DNA of 64,000 nt from Eledone cirrhosa (lineage: Eukaryota). Each line of letters begins with the position of its first letter. Position 1 is the stretch's first letter. The translations under genes and the position numbers were made by a program. Shown in pieces: positions 12,499-23,304 of this stretch. The DNA lies in contig CAXHJY010000413.1 of NCBI GenBank assembly GCA_964016885.1, forward strand, positions 60,405 through 124,404, in the 5' to 3' direction. Below the pieces are notes generated by a model that did no database searches, was not told where the DNA came from, and saw only the letters and a program-made list of their open reading frames with translations.

Positions 12499-13175
12499 AT
12501 CATAATATATATATATACCGTATTTGACAGCTTATAAGAAGCAATTTCCCCCCAAAATAGTCATGGGTCAGTTTGGTCATGGGTCAGTTTGTGTTACTGA
12601 TTAGTGGAGTTCTAGTGCTGCAGTGGCACTTAAATTAAATCAAACATCTCCACAAATGTAAACAAGATGGCGATCGCTTCTACACCAAAAATGGCAACTC
12701 TTTTCCAAAAAAAAAAAGCTACAATTTTAATTCATTGTGTGATGAATATAATAACATATTTTCACTTTGTTTTAAAAACGTACTCAATATTGCAACAAAA
12801 ATACAATTTAACGTTTAAAGTACATTTATTTTTTCACACTTTCTTATGTTTTAAAAATTTACTAAAATATTACAACTAATTTAAACCGATTTATTTATTT
12901 GAAGAAAAAAGAAAAAGAAAATGAAATATTTTATGAAGAGTTTTATATTCATTAAATAAACAATAAAACTGTGATATGGTGATATATAAATATGATTTTT
13001 ATTAAATAAATATAATGTTTCATTTGCAATATTTACATTTAGTAAGGTGATCGAATACACCAACTTCTCTTCTTTTAGTATCGTCGTACCTGCAATAAAT
13101 TAATTGATAATATATTTAACAGACTTGTTATGTTTAAGGTGTGTTTTAAATAATGAAAACATATGACGTTGTAAA

Positions 13176-13422
13176 GGTGCATGGCTTTGTGGTTAGTTGT
13201 TAGGGTATTCGGCCCACAGTCGTAAAGTCTGGAGTTCGATTCCCGGCGACGTTTTGTGTTCTTGAGCAAGACACTTTATTACACGTTCTTCCAGTTCACT
13301 CAGCTGGCAAAATGTATTGTACCTGTAATTTGAACGGCCAGCCTTGTTACATACTGTGTTACACGCTGAATCTCCCTGAGAATTACGTTAAGGGTACGCG
13401 TGTCTGTGGAATGCTTAGCCAC
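13176..13422 (+). mobile_element. tRNA-derived SINE (also 39624-39870)
   Basis: A-box-like TGGCTTTGTGG, B-box GTTCGATTCCC, then gtgttcttgagcaagacactt, a conserved SINE central-domain motif. It resembles an abundant Octopus SINE as I recall it. Confidence 0.8.
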
Positions 13423-13429
13423 GTGTCTC

Positions 13430-13790
13430 GATAGTAAGTCAACACAAATACGATCAGTCAAAATTCGAAATTTAATTATCTTCCGCATTACGAGCGGTGA
13501 TGGTCAGGTTTGTTGTCATATTGATGAGATCGGTATCAGAGAACGTGTTGCAACATATGGCGTCTCGAGTGGAAACAGGATATAGTTCACTGCACAGTGA
13601 AAAGAGAAGTTTTGGGAGTGCAAAACAGTCCTTCATGTTGTTGAACGTGAGTTTGATTTCCAAGTATACTAGAATGACTTTCGAGAGAATTGCAGAGCCA
13701 AGAATATGGACAACATTCCTTAGAGTAAGTCATCTATCAGCCACATCCTACCGAATCTTGTACACGATGTAGAATCTTGTTCACCGACAT
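13430..13790 (-). mobile_element. Highly decayed CRE RT fragment (also ~39880-40240)
   Basis: VHILGSAI and KDCFALPKLLFSL match VLILGSPI and RNCFAIPKLLYTL of the CRE ORF. Confidence 0.6.
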
Positions 13791-14028
13791 AGATATTGAT
13801 AATATATACTTTGGAAGTTAAGGATGATATAGTGCAATATATATATATCTATATATCAGTGATTTGGGAAAAGTGTCAATGATATCCGATAAACATTTAA
13901 CGGTGTCTATATATGTTTTTATTAATCGATTGTGTACAGATATACATTGCTTTCTTACATAGTCACAAGGCCAGTAATATTTTTTTCTTTGGGGGTGGGG
14001 GTGGGAGGTGGGGATGGGGGGTGGTGGT

Positions 14029-14183
14029 GATTAAATCGACCCCAGTGAGTGACGGGTACTTTTATCGACCCTATAAGGATGAAAGGCAAAGTTAACCTCG
14101 GCAGAATTTGACCTCAGATCATGAAGGGCCGTAACATTATACTGAAAAGCATGGCGTCCGACCCTCTACCGATACTGCCAATT
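14029..14183 (-). mobile_element. tRNA-derived SINE with Deu/Nin-type domain (also 40482-40635; degenerate heads at ~18415-18497 and ~45313-45395)
   Basis: The reverse complement contains tcaaattctgccgagg and gcctttcatccttatagggtcgataaaagtacc, the latter resembling the Deu/Nin domain. Confidence 0.7.
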
Positions 14184-14274
14184 AGACAAGAGAATATTAA
14201 TGTGGTGTGGTAAATATATACATATACACAAGGTCTGAACACAATGAGATAAAACTCCAACTGTCACTACCTAC

Positions 14275-14513
14275 GGTGGACAGAATAGAGAAGGCGTTTC
14301 CCCTGAAGATGGAGAGGGAGACGTGCTGGAAGAGCCATTCCAGCTACGGGTAGCGAACTCTGTGCCGATGGTGGTGAGTAGAGAGGTCGTTCTCCGGCAA
14401 AGGACACCAGAAGTGTCCAATGCTAAGAGCTCGAACAAAAACCTGTCGGTGATCGACTGATACTTGGACAGTTTACCGTCCTCGGCCCGAAGTTCAGCCG
14501 AGCCTGGGTTAGT
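14275..14513 (-). mobile_element. CRE 3'-end fragment just downstream of the Cys-repeat gene (also ~40728-40966)
   Basis: Nucleotide similarity to 33115-33372 (ggacagaat.gagaaggcgtt.ccc ... ggacaccagaagt ... cctgggttagtt). Confidence 0.75.
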
Positions 14514-14641
14514 TCGGTTAAATGAATATCATAGATCGTTCACATTTCAGGGCCTATGTTAAACATGAACCATTTTTAAGTAATTTTCTTTTAAATAGGA
14601 ATAAAGATTACATAAGAGTAATTATAGAATGGATAATGAAA

Positions 14642-14647
14642 TTTATT
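14642..14647 (-). terminator. Candidate polyadenylation signal AATAAA, paralogue A (paralogue B copy at 41095-41100)
   Basis: AATAAA lies ~21 nt after the TAG in both paralogues. The context is AT-rich, so a chance match is possible. Confidence 0.4.
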
Positions 14648-14668
14648 ACGTTTGAGATACTAAGAAAA

Positions 14669-17600
14669 CTAATAAAACAAATTACTGACCTGATCAGGAC
14701 AGTCATAGTTGGTACAGTTGATTTTCCCGTCTGTACACCGGCATATATTGCATTTATCTTCAGACATAAATATTTGGTTGGCTTCGAAAACTTTTCCTTT
14801 AAGTTCACATTTCGATTTAGGACAGTACATTTTAGTACATGCTACTTGACCAAACTGTCCACATGTACATGTATTGCAGTCTTTTTTAAACGATTCTCCG
14901 ACAGAATAGGTCTGTCCGTTGAATACGCATGGTTTGGGGCATTTTTTCTGTTCACATTGGACTCTTCCATCCTCATGGCACTGACATTTATTGCAATCAT
15001 TGTAGAATATAGAACCGACATCATAACGTTTACCATTGTATGTACAAGAACATTGCATTTTAGTACAGCTAACTACACCATTTTGTTGACAGGTACAAGT
15101 GTTACAGCCCTGATTAAATGTAGCACCAATGGGGTAAGATCTTCCATTTTCAAAACATTTACATGGCTTGTTAGAGCACTGCACTGTACCACTAGATAAA
15201 CATTCACATTGATTACAATCATCGTAAAATCTTTGACTAGTTTGATAAACCTGTCCTTTATGTGTACATTGACACTGCTTATTTGTACATTGGACTTGTC
15301 CATTTTGTTGACAGGTACAGTTGTTACAGCCCTGTTTAAATGTAGTACCGATATCATAGATCTGGTTGTTGTATGTACATTTACAGACGTTACTGGTACA
15401 TTGAACATCTCCATTTGACTGACAAACACATTGGTTACATTCTTCATTAAATCTTTGACTAATTTGATAAACCTGTCCTTTATATGTACATTGACAACGG
15501 TTATTTGAACATTGGACTTGTCCATTTTGTTGACAAGTGCAGGTGTTACAGTCATCACTGAATTGTTGTCCGAAATTATAAACTCTATTTTTGTAGGTAC
15601 AGGTACATGGGTTGTTTGTACACTGTATACGACCATCTATTTGACATGTGCATGTATTGCAGTCCTTGCTAAATGTAGAACCAATGGGGTAAGATCTTCC
15701 ATTTTCAAAACATTTACAAACCTTGTTAGAACACTGCACAGTACCACTAGATAAACATTCACATTGGTTACAATCATCGTTAAATCTTTGATTAATTTGA
15801 TAAACCTGTCCTTTATATGTACACTGACAACGGTTATTTGAACATTGGACCTGTCCACTTTGTTGACAAGTGCATGTATTGCAGTCCTTGCTAAATGTAG
15901 CACCAATGGGGTAAGATCTTCCATTTTCAAAACATTTACAAGGTTTGTTAGAACATTGCACAGTACCACTAGATAAACATTCACATTGGTTACAATCATC
16001 GTTAAATCTTTGACGAATCTGATAAACCTGTCCTTTATATGTACATTGACATGGGTTATTTGAACACTGGACTTGTCCATTTTGTTGACAGGTACAGGTG
16101 TTACAGTCCTGATTAAATGAAGCCCCGATATTATAGATCTGGTTGTTGTATGTACATTTACAGACGTTACTTGTACATTGAACATCTCCATTTGACTGAC
16201 AAACACATTGGTTACATTCTTCATTAAATCTTTGATTAATTTGATAAACCTGTCCTTTATATGTACATTGACACTGCTTATTTGTACATTGGACCTGTCC
16301 ATTTTGTTGACAGATACAGGTGTTGCAGTCCTTGCTAAATGTAGCACCAATGGGGTAAGATCTTCCATTTTCAAAACATTTACAAACCTTGTTAGAACAC
16401 TGCACTGTACCACTAGATAAACATTCACATTGGTTACATTCTTCATTAAATCTTTGTCGAATTTGATAAACCTGTCCTTTATATGTACACTGACACGTAT
16501 TCTTTGTACAATCTACTTGACCATTACCTCGACAATAGCAAGTATTGCAATCTTCTTCAATTTTCTCTCCTACATTAAATATCTTTCCTCTGTAGTAACA
16601 TTTACACATTTTCTGAGTACATTTAACTGTTCCATCACTTAAACATTCACATGTATTGCATTCATCAGAGAATGTTTGTCCGGTTTGATAGCGAATGTTC
16701 TTGTGATAACATTCACATCCTTGATTGCTACACTGCACTGTTCCGCTAATTTGACAAGTACAAGGCTTACATCCATCTTTGAAGGTCTGTCCATGGTTGT
16801 AGACATTACCTTTATATTGACACTGGCACACATTATTTGTACATTCCATTTGACCACTGGCTTTACATACACATTTATTACATGATTGTTGAGATGTCTG
16901 TCCTACAGCGTAACGTTTACCTTGATACCAACATGTACGTCGCTGTCCATAGCCACAACTTTTGCTTGTACACAGTGCTTGGCCCGTTTCAGTACACACA
17001 CATGTATTGCAGTCGATTTTAAATGCTCCGTTATATTGTTTACCATTATGGGTACATTCGTCTGTAAAAAATCATATGATCAATAATTATATTTATATCT
17101 AACACTGTAATATCAATATGGTATATATTCTATTGTACATAAGATATTAAGCTATTGATTTTAATTTCCTGTATGTAGGGAGATACTTGCATTTAATAAT
17201 ACCATGTATATCTATATTCTATTATACGTAAGAAATTAAGATATCCACAAAAGATGTGAATTTAGTGTGTCTAGCGGAATTTTAAAACTTAATGATACAC
17301 ACACACATATACATATATATATACATACATACATTCATACATACATGACGATGGCTGCCCTCTCGTTATCGAGTATGGTCATTGCACGATATAACATTAT
17401 TAATAATTATTAATTAATGCTACTGTGCAATGCCTGTGCGAGAAGATTCTTTTTAAAGTGAGGAAAGACTGAGCACTGAGCGACAGTAGCTTTAACCCGA
17501 AAAGAAGCAAAGATCAACATCATCGGTAACTACCGAGCCGCATGTTTTATGTCGGAGTTATCCCAGTTTCCTCAGTTGCTTCTCCTAGAAGAATGTCCTG

Positions 17601-19001
17601 ATAAAGGCTATGGGTCCTTCACTCCCAGTGGTTTAACCATGCGATCGGGTATCTAGCCCGATTATCTCCATGTCCCCCGCGCATTTGGTTGTCCGTGTAA
17701 CTCTTATGAGTTCTTCCGCCCTTTGTCAGGTTTTGTTTTTTGTCCAGCAGGGTGTCCAAAATCACCCTCTTCACCAAGTGAACTAGGTGGGGTTGTCGGT
17801 TTAGTCACCGACGACCTGACTATGTGACAGTCTGTACTGTGTTACATGTTACCAGTAGCACGCAAGAGTGACCTGTAATACATACATACATAAGTTCTCA
17901 GATAGATATTTTTAATAAAAAAATGAGTTTTGTTTTCATTGACCATAATACGGTCTTCCAACAGAAAAACTACTAACACAATAATGACATCAATGTAAAA
18001 TCATAGAAAACAAAACAGATAAACAAAAAATATACAAAATTTTACTTGAGAATATAATGACATATTTACAATACTTTCTAAAGAAGAACAACACACATTT
18101 TTAAGCACATTAATTAAAGAAGGAAATCCAACGTTCAAGATCCTTTAATTTTCTGTGTCTTCGAGAATGGTGTGAAAAAAGAAAAAATTACCTCCAAATT
18201 AGAGATTTTTCTTGAATCTTTGCAGTAGAGTGAACTACGTTAAAGGTAAAAAACAACCAAAGCGGTAGTGTTAAGCTGGATTACGTATTAAATCCATCAC
18301 TGAAGACACTATAGAAGGCAAATAACCGTAAGAAATATCACATCTCATCAGATGTTGTAACAAATCTAACTATACACCACAATAGATTATGGAAGACACA
18401 TTTTACCACAATGAGGTGTGAAATTTGAGTGGAAAGAGTCACGACAAATACCACAAAGTATTATGTTCGATGTTCTATCGACTCTGTCAATTCACCATCC
18501 TAAAGAACAATGAGATGTAACTGATCACATATATAGATCGATAACTTCTCTATCAATCGCGATAGAGCTTACAAGACCTTACACTTTGTTTTTCAACAAT
18601 TGTGAACAATGTGAAGATGTAAGACGTACTGGTATCTTATACATCTGACCATATAAATAACATAAGATTTAAACATGAAACACTAGAGAGAAGTTTGTCC
18701 TGTTGATCATTGGCTTCTCGTCTCCTTGGTGTCACAATACGGAATATTTGATATTACCTATGTATCTAGGTACTGTAATGTGTCATCTGATATTTTAGTG
18801 GACAGGTAAGTCCTAATAAACTTCAACTCTCATAGAGTCACCCTGGAGCTATGACACGTCTTGTGTACAATTGATAAATTCAACTAAACTAATTTAAAAC
18901 ATCAACAAATATACAATATATAGCAATATGAATTACTTACAGTTGTTGTAGCTGTTTACGAATGAAAATGCTGCTAATACTACTAGCAATTGGTACAACA
19001 T
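14669..19001 (-). CDS. Secreted cysteine-rich multi-domain protein, paralogue A: 21 tandem 37-aa pacifastin/VWC-like modules, ~817 aa. Exon 1 is 19001-18941 and exon 2 is 17061-14669 (possible donor after 14690).
   Basis: ACCACC-ATG start. Exon 1 encodes MLYQLLVVLAAFSFVNSYNN (signal-peptide-like) and ends in a phase-1 GTAAGT donor. The acceptor TTTTTTACAG at 17062 restores the frame (T+AC gives Y-ECTHNGKQY...). The module is C-x16-C-N-x-C-x-C-x3-G-x3-C-[TS]-x3-C. No stops or frameshifts. Confidence 0.9.
17347..17876 (-). mobile_element. Diverged subfamily of the SINE-like element inside intron 1 (also 44243-44777)
   Basis: The reverse complement starts caggtcac..gtgctactggtaacat and ends ctcgataacgag.gggcagcca..(atgt)n. 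Confidence 0.75.
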
Positions 19002-19078
19002 GGTGGTCAATTGGTTTATCTTATTTTCCTGTTGTAGACTGGTGATGGTTGTTATCTTCTTCGAAACAAGGACAGGTT

Positions 19079-19109
19079 TGACAAATGTCTTAGAAGAACG
19101 CTTTATATA
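19079..19109 (-). promoter_or_regulatory. TATA box and putative initiator of paralogue A
   Basis: Minus-strand TATATAAAG at 19109-19101. A TCA with its A at 19079 lies 30 nt downstream and 78 nt before the ATG. Confidence 0.65.
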
Positions 19110-20089
19110 ACCTATAATAAACGCGATCACCTGCATAAATTAATTAATTGAAGAAATAAATTTATTTAGCTTAATTGTTTTCCCTAATTCCATATTCTAA
19201 AATAGCAACTTTCCCAATATTAAACTAGTGAGAAATGGGTGGAGCACTTTTCTTGCAGTTATAACAATGATATGAGAAACGTTTCACAAATTGGTTCAAT
19301 AATCACAACTTTAATCACATGTTTGATAATGTTTAAAGAAACAAAAAATTTATTAGTAAAGTATTTCTTTAAACCATCTTTATTGATACTACATATACAA
19401 ATTAAAACAAACAGATCTTTATACAATTCATGAGAAGCATTTGTAAATGATTCCCGGGCATGAAATTTTCACGCCTACCGTTAAGACATTTTTATGGTTA
19501 AAAATATTATTTTTGTCTGCCTCTATTGTTTTACTAAAACGACAAATTCATACCAACCTAAATTTAGCCTAATCTCGTTTCCTGATCCACAAATTTTGTG
19601 TAGGTTCTCTATTGTCTACACTATTTATAGCTAATATTCCAGTTATACTCTCTATACCAACGTTAGCGAATATGTTGACTTTATATAAAACGTGAGGACT
19701 GTTTATTTTCAAATGAGGCGACACAAGTCCCAGAAATTTAGGTATATGTATAATTTCTGGGGTTTTTTTGTTTGTTAAGAGGAATAGGTGAAAGTGTTTA
19801 CACTTCTTCGTTCACAGCGGAGGCTTTTACTTAAACATTGTAATTGTATCTAAGTAAAACTTTGCCTGAATCTTGAAATATATACTGCGTTCTAGCATAA
19901 ATATTAATTATTGTTATTATTAAGTCGAGAGTTTTCTCTGATTATAGAAGGATATCCTTGCTAAGTATCTCCGGTGAAGATCACGCTAAGTGACTGGCCG
20001 AAAGATGTAGGGATATTTTTTTGGTAGCAACAAACCTATATGTTTATTGTTTATAAATATATAATTTTTGCGACAGAACTGTTCTGCTA

Positions 20090-22533
20090 GAGAATGGGTC
20101 GCAGGTGGCAGATAGCGAGATGGCCACCAGATATGATGGCTAGTTGCGGTAAACTACTGAAATGGAGCAATGGGTGTCAACTTTAGCTCCCATGAAAACG
20201 CTTACAACCCAGTGATTTAGCTATGACAAGGCGTGTTCAAGCCTTAGGTAGAAAAATATATTGCAGTCTCCATCTCATGCTGTAAAAGCTGGCGATGGTC
20301 CTGCGACCCGCCCTGTTAAGCGTGAGATAGACATACAAAGATTGCGTATCCCTAGAACCCCAAAGGTGTCCGTATGAGAGGAAACCGTAAATATTGGAAC
20401 CGGGAACATCACAACCCTTACAGGTAAGGAGTTCCTACTCCTTACATGTGGAGGAGGTCAGATGCCACCGGCTAGATATAGTTGGGGCTTTCTCAACTAA
20501 GTTCCGTGGCTCTGGCACTGTAGAATTGGATAGAGGTTGGAAACTCCACTATTCAGTAGTGGGGCCAGAAATGACTGCACAGGCGAGCGTGGGGATACTC
20601 ACAAGCCCCCGGCCGTCAGAATGTGTTATGGACTGGATCCCATTGGGGGGGGGGATTGCCTCTTGAAGCTTAGGCTGAAAGATATTCCCTGTGGGTGGTG
20701 CAAGTTTGTGCACCAAACAGATAGACAAATACAGATCCTTCCTTGATGAAGTCACTGCAGCGTTAGATGTAGTTAAGACAATCATATAACTTAAAGGGAG
20801 ACTCCAATGCACACGATGGCACTGATCACCTGACATGGAAAGGAGTGATTGGAAGGAACGGTGACCCCGACCTAATTACGAATGGAGAGACCTTACTAGA
20901 CTAATTGATTTCGTCATTGTCTCTGATATCTTCGGTTCTGTGCTGGATGTTCGTGTTAAGAGAGGGGCTGAGCTTTCAACTGATTAACATCTAGTCATCT
21001 GCAACATGACTACCTAAAGCCAAGGAATCCCACAAAACTGGCAGATACAGGTAGACCTACAGGATAAAGTGAGAAGCGTTGGCGGATAAGGAAGTCAGGA
21101 CCAGGTATGCGGATACTATTGAATCTAAATCCAGAGAATTCCTTTGATGAACTGATGACGTAGAAACAGAGTTTCTGCTCCAGCTGTTAAATGCTGCGGT
21201 CGAAAAAGGTTTGGTATGGCACCAGGTGGCATGAGGGCCCCTTGGTCAAAGATGCCATCTGAGCAAAGAAGGAGGCACACAAATCTAGGCTTGTAAATAA
21301 GTCCTCCTTCTTTCACTTGCGGCACAAGCAGGCACGAAAAGTCGCAGCAGAAACAGTAATGGCGTCCAAAGTTAAGCTATAGAAGGACTTTGGGGTTAAG
21401 CTTAAATCCAACTTTAGATCAGCAAATAAAGTGTTCTGGAAGACCATCCGCAAACTTCGTAATAAGAAGTCCTCCTCCACACCTGCTATCAGGAACACGT
21501 CTGGGGTTCTCCTCATTTCAGAGAGGTGCATCCTCGTGGGGTGGAGATAATACTTTATTGATCTCCTAAACCTAGTCACAACAGCATCTTCTGATGTACA
21601 TGAGGTGTATCTGGTACCTATGAATAATCTCTCGGAGGTCAAAGTCACAGGAGCAATTAAAGAGCTCAAATGTTGCAAATCGCTGGGCAGGATGAAATTC
21701 GGCCAGGGATGTTAAAAGCCTAATAGAAAGTATTACCTGACTGACTCTGGAAATGTATCTAAGCAATGGTAATCGGGGGTGATAATACCAATTTTCATAA
21801 AGGGAGAGAAGAGAGATTGTTCCAATTATAGAGGGATATCTTTGTTAAATATCCGGAAAAGTCTAGGACCTGTTGTGGAGGGTTCGGCAGGAGTATGGGA
21901 CGGATGGACAGCTTCTTGTTGCCCTGATGTCTCTATACGAATTCCCTAGTATTTGTGATCGGATAAATGGTGCTAAATTGAAACCATTCAATGTGGGAGT
22001 CGGACCCCGCCAAGGGTGTATACAACCACCTCTCCTGTTTATAATCTTCATGAATTGGATGGACCAACGCAGCCGGGTTGGAAATGGTATCGTGACTGGT
22101 AGGGGTAGGATCAGTCGGATGGAATTTGCAGACGACATGGTATTACTTAGCTAATCAGAAGGTGATATCCGACATGCACTTTATACGTTTGATGCAGAGT
22201 GCTAAACGGCTAGAATAAAAATCAATGCTACGAAAATCGTCCTCTCAAGGAAGCCTGCGCAATGCACTCTACATGTAAGTGGAGTTCCACTGAAATATGT
22301 GGAGGAGATCAAGTATAACTTGCGCCGTGGAAAGCAGGAGGCTGAATTAAGTGCAAGAATTGCAGGATCTGGTGCAGTAATACGCCAGCTTCAGCATTTA
22401 GTCATCAGAAGAAGGGAGGTAGGTGTAAAAGCCAAACTCGCTATTTTCAGACCAGTATTCTTTCAACCCTTACCTATGGTCATGAACCATGGGTAATGAC
22501 CGAAAGAATAAGATCGCGAATACAATCGCCGAA
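20090..22533 (+). mobile_element. RTE-clade (Expander/Rex3-like) LINE with APE and RT, decayed and 3'-truncated
   Basis: IGT.NITTL, LDIVG, SVGIL, LDVRVKRGAELSTD, NYRGI, GPRQGCIQPPLLFIIFM and FADD. Many stops and deletions. Ends abruptly at (TATG)n. Confidence 0.85.
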
Positions 22534-22639
22534 ATGTATGTATGTATGTATGTATGTATGTATGTATGTATGTATGTATGTATGTATGTATGTATGTATG
22601 TATGTATGTATGTATGTATGTATGTATGTATTTATGTCT

Positions 22640-23247
22640 GTCAGGTCACCAGTTGGTGCTACTGGTAACATCTATGCCAGTACAACCTGTCTCATGGTCG
22701 GGTCGTTGGCGACTAAACTGGCAACCCCACCAAGGTTTCTTGGTGAGGAGGGTGACTTTCGACATCCTGCAGGACTAAAAACAAAACCCCTCAAAGGGCA
22801 AAGGAGCTGTTAAGAGTCAATGGCCATCCAAAATCACCGGGAGAGATGACCCCTTAGCCTTTGTCAAGGCAGAATTCTAGGAGAAGGAAAACTCTGATAT
22901 AACACAGGCAACTCTGATGGTATCCAATGATGTTGACTTGTTATTCTTTTTGGTAAATATCATCTTGGTTAAGAGAGTGGGACTGGCTTTGTGCAGTGCC
23001 TTTGCTCACTATAAAAGCTTCACGGCACAGGCATTGTTTTATATCTGGAGATCTCTCTGCACTTGTCGTTACATGGTACCATGGGCCCAGCATTGTATGT
23101 CAATAATTGTCACAAGTGTAGTGTTTGTACCAGAGTTTTCAAGTCGCTGGCTGGACTAAAAAGTCACACTCGTTCAGCGCATCGGTAGGGGTTCTCCTAC
23201 ATGGATATAAAGTAGTGGCCGTACTCGATAGCGAGTTGGCAGCCACC
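22640..23247 (+). mobile_element. Full-length ~610-bp non-autonomous SINE-like element with (ATGT)n tail, probably bipartite and RTE-derived (also 49544-50150)
   Basis: Non-coding and multi-copy. Contains ctaggagaaggaaaactctga, which I recall from RTE 5' UTRs, and a 3' CTCG-N4-CGAG stem followed by an ATGT tail. Confidence 0.7.
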
Positions 23248-23304
23248 ATGTATATATATATATATATATGTTTATGTATGTATGTATGTATGTATGTATG
23301 TATG

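Noticed and set aside
12516-12545. TA-CCGTATTTGAC...TATAAG resembling a pogo/Tc2-type TIR start
   Set aside because: I found no matching opposite TIR or transposase, so it is too weak to call.
13176-13250. Possible tRNA gene
   Set aside because: A and B boxes are present but there is no cloverleaf, and the sequence continues into a SINE body.
14522-15199. 225-aa hydrophobic plus-strand ORF (also 40975-41652)
   Set aside because: Antisense shadow of the repeat exon with no recognisable domain.
15073-16446. Long Val/Asn-rich ORFs in an alternative minus-strand frame (187 and 269 aa; 417 aa at 42090-43343)
   Set aside because: Frame-shifted shadows of the Cys-repeat exon (TGT codons read as Val). 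They stay open because one stop-free unit is repeated, and they have no independent start or splice signals.
15100-16500. Regularly spaced repeats as a CRISPR-like array
   Set aside because: These are in-frame 111-bp coding repeats without unique spacers, in a eukaryotic context with no cas genes.
18933-19136. 67-aa ORF MQVIAF...NNCK as an independent gene
   Set aside because: Only its last part is real (exon 1 from the ATG at 19001). The upstream part overlaps the TATA box and the end runs into the GT donor.
21152-21175. CTGATGACGTAGAAAC hammerhead-like string
   Set aside because: It lies in RTE coding sequence and leaves no room for stem II, so it is a chance match.
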